A stretch of DNA of 63,995 bases, the filler included, from Folioceros fuciformis (Eukaryota): assembly GCA_049999805.1 (NCBI GenBank). It is 5 parts of 5 records of this genome, joined end to end, with 100 filler letters (N's around TTAATTAATTAA, not from the genome) between each part and the next. Parts side by side here need not be neighbours in the genome. Positions count along the whole stretch, not along the records: positions 38,817 to 59,111 come from JBNGIO010004586.1; positions 59,212 to 61,241 come from JBNGIO010004625.1; positions 61,342 to 63,995 come from JBNGIO010004632.1; 2 more parts are not named here. One strand, written 5' to 3'. Made by a program: the position numbers and the translations under genes. Shown one piece after another: positions 53,192-63,995 of the stretch (the first letter of the stretch is position 1; the number at the start of each line of letters is the position of its first letter). Under the pieces are notes generated by a model, which was given only the letters and a program-made list of their open reading frames with translations, did no database searches and was not told where the DNA came from.

Positions 53192-53265
53192 ACTTTGGCC
53201 GAAATTTCACTATTGTACAAAATTGGTAGCACGAGGTTTAAGTGACTGGGGCCTGCATCCTCAAC

Positions 53266-56200
53266 TCATGCTCCACGCAGGCGGATTGGTACACCCCGAT
53301 CAAGAGGAGCACCTTGCTCGGCAAGCTTCTGTATCCGTGATGACAGCTCTCCGGCCTGTCGCCGGGAACTAAGTCAGCTCGGGAGCTCACAGAATCACGC
53401 TGGGAAACGCGGGCAGCAAAACACAAGATGGCACAAGTTACCTGTTCGTCGATCCAAATCAGTGAACTCAGCTGATTATTCAGTATACGAACCACCATAT
53501 CCAGTGGACTTGCCCCGTCGACGATATCAACATCCCCTCCCTGACGAAGCCCGAATGGAGTTAAACAAACCAAAGCTGTCACTCCACCATGAAACCATGG
53601 ACAAAAATAGAATTCAGTGGTAGCGTCAAGGTAACCAGCGTTTACCTGGCTCTTATTCACATTCTGTATGGTCTCTCGAATATTTTCGCCCATCCTCTCA
53701 AGCTCCCTCTCTATGTACTCAGCTTGTTGATACCTGCATCGATGCACGAAGTTTCAGAGGCCATGTCCGAAGAGCTAAGGCAAAGCCATCCTCAAATCCG
53801 AAATCGACAGAGAGCTGACATCATGTCTCGTGTAGCCGTGGCATCGTCTTCGAGAACGAGAGGACGTTCATCTTTGTACAGACGATCCGCTTCATCCTCA
53901 ATACTTACAAGAGCTCTTTCAACCTGCCCAATTGCAGCAAAATATTTTAATATGCCTTCCACACTGGCTTTAGTCACGAGGCAGCTACATGATACCTCTA
54001 GCTGATGTGTCTCAATTAGTTCCAGTTGTCGTTCTAAGCTGTGTTGCGATTCCACGACCTTCGCAACTTCACTCTGGAAAAAAGAGACACAAGTGGAGAA
54101 GTTGTAGAGGCAACTCTCAACAGAGCTGCCTGAAGGCAGAGCAAACAAGCGGCCGGAGCAAAACAAATTCACACCTCAAGTTTGATTAGGACGTTTCGAT
54201 TGCTGATAATTCTTCGATCCCACTCCCCAAGTGCTTCAGCTTGCTTTCTGAACTTTGATGTACGCTCTTGAAGTTCCTGTGTCCAATCTTTGATGATCTG
54301 CAGCAACGTAAGCAGAACAGAGTCAAAAAATGCCAAGCTGATCAAGGACTTCCTCCTACACAGAACAATGAGTTCATCAAAGATGCACGATGCTGACCTC
54401 CTCAATTGATTTCCCTGTGATCTCCGAGGGAAGCTTTGGAGTAGCAGTCGTGGAGACAGCACCAAGCCCTGTTGCACTAGGCAATTTCCACCAGCCCACC
54501 CAGCAAGCAGAGAGTAAATTGTCCAATCTTGGAGAACATTTTGGGGTAGGAAGAAAGCACGGGAGNNNNNNNNNNNNNNNNNNNNNNNNNNNNNNNNNNN
54601 NNNNNNNNNNNNNNNNNNNNNNNNNNNNNNNNNNNNNNNNNNNNNNNNNNNNNNNNNNNNNNNNNGTATTACACCCGTATAAAGTGTCCAGTCAGAAATT
54701 AAGCGTCTGATTACACATACCCAGAGAGGGGAGTGCTCAAGGCACCGGAGGTGGTGCCTGTAAAAGTTGTGGAAGGTCCTGTTGCTGAAGAAGCTCCTGC
54801 AAATGGGAACCCCGATCCACCAAAGCCCGTGCTGGTGCCAGGTCCAGACACTGAAACAGGTGTAGCACTTTAAATACTGAGCTAAAGTACGATCACTTGG
54901 ACCACAGCAGGCAGTGGTAGAGGAAACTCACTGGTAGGTAACGAGAAGGAACTCGTTGTGGCAGGTGCTGAGGACTTAGCCGTGGACTGAAAACTCAACG
55001 ACGTTGAACCAATTGTTGCAGGCGTTGCAGATGCCGCAGGTGCTGCAACAGCTGCAGACGTCTGAAACAAAAAACTTCCTCCAACTGGCTGTGTACCTGT
55101 TGCGGAAGTAAAAACCAGCAGCGCATTCAGCATAGGCGATGCAAACCAATTGCCGAAGGAAAAACCTTCAGACGAGACGATGTCAGGAATGCTGCCATGG
55201 ATACGGTCATTTGCATAAGAAAACAAAACAAACCAGGAGAAGCCGCAGAAGTAGTTGCTCCTTGCGAGGATGCGAAGAGGGATGACGGGCCTGTAGAGCT
55301 TATAGGGGCCGTGGCTCCAGAGCTGCTAGTTGCTGCGGCACTAGGCAGCGATGTAGATGGGGCACCAAGAGTGCTCCCAAGAGCAGAAAATGCGGGAGAG
55401 GCAGTGGTTGAAGTACTAAACAAAGGTGGAGCAGCTGTAGGGGCAGAAGCGGCAGAGCTGATACCGAAAATTCCGGCTGCTGATGGGGTAGATCCAGTGG
55501 AAGGCGTCGAGCTACCAAAGTTGCTGAAGCTGAAAGTTGTCGCCGGTGAGGCTACCAATGAAGGTGCAGAAGCCGGAGTCTGGGGGCCCTGCGACTGAAA
55601 CGAGAAGCCCGCTGTCGGTGCAGCAGACGCAGCTGCTGATGATCCCTGAGTATTAAACTCAAAAGCAAACCCACCCAAGGTTGCTGAGGATGCTGCTGGC
55701 GCTGAAGGCCCAGAACTGAAGGCTGACGAACTTTGCGATCCACCTGTTCCGAATCCGAACACTGATGGGGCAGCTGACGTAGAGCTAGGGCCAGAGGCTG
55801 ACGAAGTCGCACCGAAGGCAGGTGCACTTTGTGTAGTCCCACCGAATGGATTGGAGGCCACAGTTAACTGGATAGCACTGGGAGCGGGAATAGAAGAGCC
55901 AAATACAGGCATGGTGGCTCCTGAGCTTGCAGTTTGAGTCCCAAATTGAGCTCCTGTGCTGCCTGTAGCGGCTGGAGTTGTTCCGCTAAAGGGAGAAGAA
56001 CTAGAACCAAGTGAAAACCCTGGGGGAGGAGAGATACTTGTTGGCCTTGCAGCAGCGCCAAAGCCAAAACTAAAACCAGTTGAGGACGAAGGTTGAGAGG
56101 AACCCAAACTAGATGAGGAGCCGGCGGCAGAGGAAGAAGGCCCGAAAAGAGGGGTAGATCCGAAGGAAGAACTTATTACAACAGCATTGGCAGTAGCAAA

Positions 56201-56923
56201 TGCCGTTCCAACAGGGTCTGAGGTGCCGAAAATATTTCCACCCCCACCTGCAGATGGGAACACGCTTGCAATCCCTGAGCCAGGGCCACTTCCCAACACA
56301 CGAGTTCCAGTAGCGGGCTGAGAAGCGAAGGAAAATGTCCCGCCCGTAGACGCTCCCGTCGCCGGAACTTGACTCCCAAACGCCGATGGAGCGCTGCCAG
56401 CTCCGAAGGTATTGGCACCACCACCTAATGCATTGCCCGAGCCAAAGATCGAAGCCCCCGTCGCGGCCCCAGAGGCAGCCCCCTGTGCACCTCCTGTTGG
56501 CGCGAAACCCCCTCCAAACCCGCCGAAAGCAGACCCAGAGGTAGTTCCGAAGCCAGACGGTGCAGTCCCTAGGGCAGAAGGTGTTCCAAATGCTGGTGCA
56601 CTGGAGGCTCCGAATGTCGGAGTGGTGGAAGCTCCGAATGCCAGAGTAGTCGGAGCTCCGAATGCCGGGGTAGTGGAAGCTCCGAAAGCCGGGAGAGTGG
56701 AAGCTCCGAATGCCGGGGCCGAGGAGACTCCAAATACCGGGGAAGCACTGGAGGCTCCGAAAGCCGGGGCAGAGGCGGCTCCGAATGCCGTGGAAGCACT
56801 GGAGGCTCCGAAAGCAGGGGAACTGGAGGCTCCGAATGCCGGTGACGCGGCAGCCCCTCCAAAAGAAAAGGAGGTGGAAGGGCCACCCGAGGAAGAAGAT
56901 CCAAAGCCGCCAAACCCAGCCAT
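53266..56923 (-). CDS. NUP62: Nucleoporin NUP62 (FG-repeat N-terminus, Nsp1-C coiled coil)
   Basis: PAFGAS FG repeats (24-bp units at ~56590-56840), KLPSEITGKSIEE|IIKDWTQELQERT, LERQLELIETHQ, VVRILNNQLSSLIWIDE, SSRIQKLA. Confidence 0.93.
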
Positions 56924-57578
56924 GGCTACCTCATTTACACACAACCCCCCAAACCAAGGGGAAACAAACAACGGGACAGAATTCAGCCTAGGGTTCGCTC
57001 TGGTTAACACAACCAACAGTCTCCCTTGTCCTAAAGCGTAGGACAAGAGACCTCAACACTCACCTGAAATGCACAGAGCAGCGCAAAGCCTTTCCGAGAT
57101 CAGCAAAATGCCGGAAGCGTCTGACAGCACAAACACCAACCGAATGGGGAGAATTCCGTGGATGCAAAAGAAAACGGGCTTCGGCTTGCCACCTGATCCC
57201 GCACAGCACCGAGTCACCCGTGCGAACAGTCGGCAGCTGGCTGGTTCACGTCCAACACGAACTGCAGCTGCCCCTCCACCTGAAAGCCACTGGCAAGACC
57301 ATCTCCAGAGGACCAAAGATGGTTAGGGCAAAATTGGAGGGAAACGCTTGAATTTTTCGTCACCGACTTTCTTTGGGCAGCAGCGGGCCCTAGTGCTCGT
57401 CGCTAAGCCCTAAACCCTGCGAGAGAGGACCGTGAAGTAGCCATGACGATCATTGGTGGATCTGCGCCGGCGACGGGGATGGCGCTGTCGATGGGGTGCT
57501 CATCCGGTACGTGAGGGCCGGTGGTGCGAGATCCTGCGAGCTTCGTCGTGCAGGGGGAGAGGTTGTTGCAGCTGAGGC

Positions 57579-59111
57579 ATGGCTGCCCGGCTGCTGTCCT
57601 TGTCGGCGTCCGGCATTCGGCCTGGGCGTCGGATTCGGAGGCTGCCGCTAGTGGGTTCGGCCCCGTGCTCCGTCTGGACTACCTCCGAGCGCGGCGTGCT
57701 GGCCATGTTTCGGGGAGGCAGGGGCCCGGCTTGGGCCGGGTCTGCTGTGGCACCGGGATTGCGGGCCGGGGTGGTGGCCTCCTTCTGCTCGTCTTCGTCC
57801 CGGTTTCTGCTGGCCAAAATTGGATGCGCCGCCGGGAGGGATGCGGGGCCGATGAAGGTGGCATCTTGCAGAGTGAAGTGGGATTCTATGAACGGAATGG
57901 TGAAGTGCCTGTCAGCCAGGGGCTTCAGCGCGGCGGAGGTGTTGGCTTCCAGCCAGGAAGAATTGAAGGAGGAGGTGGTGGAGAGTGCGGCGGGGCCGAA
58001 CGGCGATGGCCTGTCGGAGGTCGCGGACGTTAGGGTTGTGCAGGTTGGTAGTGCGGGAAGCAAGGAGGGAGTGGATGTGGAAACCTCTTCATCGACATCG
58101 GCATCGGCGGAAGTTGGTAGAGCAGCTCCAGCTGTAATTGAGCGGGAAGGGGATGAAGTTGAGGGAGATGGTGGAGATAGTGAAGCAGTGGTGGAGAAAG
58201 AGGATGTTCCTGTGGCGGCGGTAGCGGGTTCGGATTTTGCCTGCTCCCACCCCTGGTCTCACTGGAGGGCATTTGTGCGGCGGATGAACCAGAACAAGTG
58301 CTTCAACCTGCCGAACATGAGGAGTCCCGACGGGGTGTCCAAGTTCGACGATCAGCACGCGGTGAAGCGAGCCGCTCTCGAGTTTGGCAGAACTAGGGAT
58401 GATGTCTATATGGGGTTGGACACCAGGGACTTGCGAGTGATCGCCGATTTCGGCTGCCCGAGCATCGACAGGAAGGTGGTGAATGCGGCCAAAAGGCTGA
58501 GGGTGAAGCTCAACATTCCGGAGAATCCGGTTTGTGAGAAATGTGATGCGCGAGTGACCTGTGCTCGGGCTTATGCAGCGGCGACTGAGGATTTGGATGC
58601 CGGCACCACGGAGGTAGTGCGGCTCATGAACCAATTCGCTTTGAACGAGACTGCACCGGCGGAGGAGAAGAGGGATGTCCCTCAGGAGGTGAAGAATGCG
58701 GTGTTCCGCATTCTGGATCAGATGACAGAGCTGAGTAGTGTGCCCAGGGACCCTAACCTGCCGAAGCCGGAGTTAAAATCCCTGCTTTCGGTGTCCTCCA
58801 TCTTCGGGGAAGAGGCGACGAAACGTCTCCGGGAAGAAAGAGCAAGGAAGGCTGCAGCAGACGATGAGGAGCTGAAGCCCGGTGACTGGAGGTGTCTTCG
58901 CTGCAACTATGTCAACTTCAACCGGAACAGGAACTGTCGGGAGTGCAATGCAGATCGTCCAGCTCGGGAGCTCAGACCAGGCGATTGGCTTTGCCGCCAC
59001 TGCAATTTTGCTAACTTTGCTAGGAACAGACAATGCTTCGATTGCCAAGCCGACAGGCCCGACGGCGTCGGATTCGACAGGATTGACAGTCGCCGCACGT
59101 TCAGTAAGGAT
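57579..59111 (+). CDS. VAR3/OZ-family organellar RanBP2 zinc-finger protein (3' end lost in gap)
   Basis: HPWSHW, GCPSIDRKVVNAAKRLR, CEKC..RVTCARAY (OZ domain) and two GDWxCxxCNxxNFxRNxxCxxC fingers. Confidence 0.88.
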
Positions 59112-59988
59112 NNNNNNNNNNNNNNNNNNNNNNNNNNNNNNNNNNNNNNNNNNNNTTAATTAATTAANNNNNNNNNNNNNNNNNNNNNNNNNNNNNNNNN
59201 NNNNNNNNNNNCCCGAGCACGGGTACCATCAATACTCAGTGGCAGTAGGCGTGGACCTGGAGAGGAGGCAGACACTGTATCAGTTTCCAGGTGAGTCGTA
59301 GTGAGGGCTTGATAGGCGCTTCAGTTTGCAGGGGAGCGAGTTGTTGTCATCTTACCCTGTTTCTTGATTTTTCAGCCCTGATCATTCTCCTCAGCATGCA
59401 ACGATGGCAGACAAGCCCTCGGCAATTTTTAGAAGGAGGTCAGCATATGGCTTCAATTCTAGAGGAGAGAATGGCATGTGACATAGCTGTTTACTGGGAT
59501 GGTGTGTTCATGTGTAGGTGAGGTGGAGCTGTGTCTTGTCGTAAAGTGTTGCGGCGTATGCTCATCTGGCCTCCAGATGGGTTTGGGCTGTGCAGAATGC
59601 TTCTGGCCTTCAGACATGTCACTAACTTATCTTCAGATTTATCTTGATGGATATATTCTCTTATGCAGGCGAGAGAGGTCTCTTTAGGTCGATATAAAAC
59701 ATGAGGGTCGGGGCATTGATTTTCTCCAATACATTACTGAGCCATCTTCCGCCAAGTGAGGCTATTGCTTGTTCTTGTACTAGAGTGAACCTTTTTTTTC
59801 TTTTTCCCCCTTTTGGTAATCTGGTAGACGTCTCAGTGTCATGCATGCATGGTACTCCCGCAGGGACACGACTGCAGTAGCTGGAACTTGGCTTGGTGAA
59901 ATGTACAGGTATGGGCTTAGTGTGGAACCACATGTTATGTCTTCTGTTGATGATGCATTTTAAGGCTAATGTGGTTCTCTTGCTGCAG

Positions 59989-61240
59989 GAATAATCACAG
60001 CTCAGCATCTGAGGCCCGCAGAATGAAGAAACGAAGTGCTGCACCCGAAGTCAGTGATGAAATAGTCAGGTACTGGAACATGCGTATACTCACATATGTA
60101 TCTCGGTAACAGTCAAAAACCTGTCGGTGTATACAATTGAACAAGCGTACCTTCAAAACTATGAAGGTGTTGAAGCCTGACCGACTAGTACAATGGTTTC
60201 TGCGCTGTCCCAGAGCTGTTCGTGCAATGAATGAAGCATTCAAGCAAGAGCGGCGCCGTTTGAAGGAGCAAGGTAGTGGAGATGCGATATCGACTGGGTC
60301 CTTTGAGGGAAGTGAGGTATGTGTGGTTGACTGCAAGACAGACGAACCAGTCATGGTATGCACTTTCAAGGAGTTCACTTTTAAGTTTGGGTTATGGCAG
60401 GTGGAAATATATTGTCTGTGCTTTTGTAGTCATTTGGGAGGCTCTGAAGACAGTACATTGGATGCTTTGTATGATACAGGGATCAGACAGTAAACATGCT
60501 TCGGAGAGTGATTCGCTCTTGCGACATGTTGTTGGTGCACCAAGTGATCTATCCAGAGAAATAGCTGGTACTTCTTCTGGAGTTACTGAAGCGGAACAGG
60601 TGTCTTCTGGAAAGGCATCTTCATCCCGCTCGGATGGCTTCTCTACATTGAAGACAATCTCCCTGGTAGACCGGCAGTTGATGCCATATGAGGAGTGGAA
60701 CATCGATTTTTCTGAACTTCGAATAGGTGTGCGTGTTGGTATTGGTAAGTGGACTACGAGTGCATTAGTGCATCTATTTGCAGCAGGCAGGTGTGCAGCT
60801 TGTCTCAACGTTTGTCTAAGCATTAGTGTGAATTACAGGGTCGTTTGGCGAGGTCTTCAGGGGTGTCTGGAAGGGGACTGAGGTAGCTATCAAGGTGATG
60901 CTTGAACAGGACTTGACCGAGGAGAATACGGAGGACTTCTGTAATGAAATATCTCTTCTCAGGTACGAGGTATCCTCTGCCCTCGACTAATCTGGTGACT
61001 CTATCTCTTACTTTCGTTTACAATTAGGCAGACCCAGTATTGTTCCTGACTAGGATTCTCCTGAAAATCGGAGGACACTAATCTTGATTCTGGTCTGTTT
61101 TGCATCCTTGCAGCCGGCTGCGACACCCTAATGGTGAGCAAAAGCCCCAGGACGTCTTTCTGGGGCCCTGCTCATTTCGCTTAGGTACTGACGTCTTATG
61201 TGATGGTTGGCAGTGATACTGTTCCTGGGTGCCTGTACAA
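59989..61240 (+). CDS. Group-B Raf-like MAPKKK, internal exons (partial, between gaps)
   Basis: AVRAMNEAFKQ, PYEEWNIDFSELRIGVRVGIG|SFGEVFRGVWKGTEVAIKVMLEQDLTEENTEDFCNEISLL|SRLRHPN|VILFLGACT. Confidence 0.88.
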
Positions 61241-62519
61241 ANNNNNNNNNNNNNNNNNNNNNNNNNNNNNNNNNNNNNNNNNNNNTTAATTAATTAANNN
61301 NNNNNNNNNNNNNNNNNNNNNNNNNNNNNNNNNNNNNNNNNCGACTACGCAGTCATACACTTCAAGCATCACCTTTCACAATCACCACAGCCTGTCTACA
61401 TTAGGGGCTTCACCCGCCGACACCGCACTCACCCACAACCACGATTAGACACTACTTCCCTTGCACACGACGCAAGTTCACACTGTCACACTCGCTCACT
61501 TCCCCTCGCGTCCGGCAACACTCGACCCGCCGATGTCACGGCTTCCACTCACAACACTCGTCTTGAAACAACCAGGTTTTCCCACACATGCCTCTCAGTT
61601 CCCGTTCTCACCAGAATCGCACCATTGGTGCACAGCACTTTCGGTCCGGACTTCCCAATCTGCTCTTACTCGCACGCCTTACTCAGAGACACTCAGGCCA
61701 AAATACTTCGCTCATAGTTCACTTACATACCATTCCACCAGACATCGGACACGCATACATTCAATCGGCACTTAACTCTCAGGTACATACCCACAATGCA
61801 CAAACACACCAACTCCCCCGTCACTCAGATTCTTCAACACTCCGGACACTCTTCTGTCACCTAAGTCCGTGACTTTCCTGTCACACGCTCAAGTTCCAAA
61901 ACATCAGCCACTCAGTTCCGCATTCATGTTTCACACACACACATCGACTCTCCTCCTCCTTCTCGCTCCCGAACCCCTCTGGATCACCTCTCACTCACTC
62001 GTCTCTCAACAACTCGTTCCTCTCCACTCTTCGTTCTTCGACTCACTCTCCTCCAATTCTTCTCCTTCCTCTCGATGTTTAAGGAGGTGGTAGGGACACT
62101 AGGGACTAAGAGAAGCGGTTGCCACTTCCACTCCGCACTGGCGAATTCGGTCCCTGTTGCTTCCACACCACCCTACACAACAGTATCGGGAATAGTTGGG
62201 AAGCGCGGCTTCCACTCGGCGAGGCTCCTCCTCCCGATTCATGCTCGAAACCTTAGTTGTGGGGCATCCACAACCAGCACCCCACACCCTCATAACGCTA
62301 CGTGCGCTCGCCTGCCTGGACCTCCCTGTCCAGCAGCGGCCATCGCTAGGCTTCCGCAAGGTCAGAATATCAGGCTTGTTTCTTGCTGATTTCCTGAGGC
62401 ACCAAATCGGCCTCTTGTACACGCTAGTGGCGGTCCCTTCCGCCATAAAGTCTGTCAAGGGGAGTCAGTCAACGCTCTTAATGGTGAGCGGCTTAGGTCC
62501 AAGCAAAACAACCTAAAAA

Positions 62520-63995
62520 AAACTATCCTAAGATGCATTTACTATCGCCTCTCTCCTCGCCGCGGTTGCCTTCCTCTTGGCCGTTGCGCTCCTCCCCTCA
62601 CTGGCCCGCCTTTGGCCCTCCTACCTCGCCATTGGTCAAGCAGATCCTCCCAGAGGATCTCCACCTTGCTGCTGCTGCTGCTGGACCTCACTAGCGGTGG
62701 AGCTGGTGGGTCCCGTCGTAGGGGACTCCTCTCCTCCCTCCGTCGCCGATTGCTAAGGATGAGGACGGGTTCCCACTCAACCCACTGCTGCGCCTCCTCA
62801 TCTATCAGCCTCGGAATAGCAGTGAGCCAGTCCCCACACCCGCCAACGGTAGTTGTAGGACCCCCTACGGGTCCTCAGTTGCTGGCCGTAGCCCCGCGTC
62901 CCTCCTATGCCCCTTCCTCCCTTGGGCTACCTCGGGCTGCCTGCCCTCTATTCTCCAGGGGTACTGGAGGATCCTCCATTCCCCCAGCTGGTGCTCCCCC
63001 TTGCTCAGTCCTCCTAGCGCGAGTCGCTCTTCCAGAACGTCGGGCCGTAGGCGCCTCCACTACCACTTCTTCAGCTACCGGGGTCGGCGCTTCCGCTACC
63101 GGCATTGTCTCTCTTCTACCTGCAGCCTCTTCGGCTACCTCTGTTGTCAATCGACTACCTCGCTTGGTTTTCCCCTTCCCTTTCACCCATTCTCTGGCCT
63201 CATCCCGCTCTCGCTTGTACCTGTGGGCCAGTTTCTAAGCTTGCTCCACAGGGCCGCTTCCTGCTCCTGTGCCCTAGCTACCTCTTGTTGCATCTCTAAG
63301 TTAGTTCCATGGGCTTCCCTCACCTGAGCTAGGAGCGAGTCCTGCTGCTCCTTCAGCGCCTACACCTCTGCCTTTGCCTGGCGGGCCTCTTCCTCCACTT
63401 GTGCCTTGTCCTCGCTCAGGACCTGTTGCTTTTCTTCCAGGAGCCGCCGTGCCATCTCGGACTCCGCCACCTTCGTCCAGGCTTCAGCCTCCTTCTCGCA
63501 AGCTTCCGCCTCCTTGCCCCGGGCCTCAACCTCCCTCTCTGCCTGCATACTCAACCAGGTCAGCACCTTGGCTGCCTAGTCCAGCAAGTTTGCCTAAGCC
63601 TGCACCATCGCTGAGGTTAGACCGGGAAAGTCCACCTCCTGCGACTCCCGACTTGGAGCCATCCCCTTGTTTGTGATCTGCCGTCCTAGCAGCGCTCGCA
63701 GCCTCTCCAGGTCTCATGCCTGCAGCCTGTCCACCAGAGGAATCCTTCTAAAAATTTCCTCCCATCCCGGGAAGGGTTCCTATTCCGGAACGTGCCCTTA
63801 TTCGCTCATCACCTTAGGTGGGGCCACTTCCATTTCTAGCACCTGTTCCTGAGGTGCCTCTGGCTCCTTCTCAACCTACCCCTACTCCGCCTGCTCTTGG
63901 ACAACCTCCTAGCCCTGCTCAGCCTGCTCAGGGACAACTTCCTGTTGCGCTGTCTCGCTTCCCCTTCTGGTGACATGCCCACCAGTCCGTCTCCT
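62520..63995 (-). pseudogene. Decayed intronless coiled-coil ORF, probably transposon-derived
   Basis: An E/Q/A-rich helical frame (MARRLLEEKQQVLSEDKAQVEEEARQAKAEV*ALKEQQ) is repeatedly broken by TAG stops. It adjoins CA-rich noncoding DNA at 61342-62090. Confidence 0.45.

Overview
Eukaryotic, intron-rich plant nuclear DNA with short introns, from a compact-genome seed-free land plant. An IFT22-like ciliary gene implies flagellated sperm; a hornwort-like genome is my inference. The window is stitched at four 100-bp gaps that carry an artificial TTAATTAATTAA linker. Host genes: CDC48, CUL4 (5' part), a DAO-family FAD oxidoreductase, aspartyl aminopeptidase, an isoflavone-reductase-like gene, STT3A, a chloroplast Sec14/CRAL-TRIO gene, 1-Cys peroxiredoxin, IFT22/RABL5, a GT47 exostosin, NUP62, a VAR3/OZ RanBP2 zinc-finger gene and part of a Raf-like kinase. 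The standout is a decayed ~8.6-kb DNA transposon (~8.7-17.3 kb). It carries a Sola1-like DDD transposase on +. On the opposite strand it carries a ParB-like + beta-class (N4C/N6A) DNA amino-methyltransferase fusion gene and a third, unknown ORF. A 22-bp palindrome, GTGCGCCGGT(AG)ACCGGCGCAC, occurs at both ends and as arrays inside one intron of each of the two large genes. Other accessory DNA: a Harbinger-like remnant, a cpHsp70 pseudogene, a captured CDC48 exon fragment, a gag-bearing element with ~800-bp inverted repeats, and several minisatellites.
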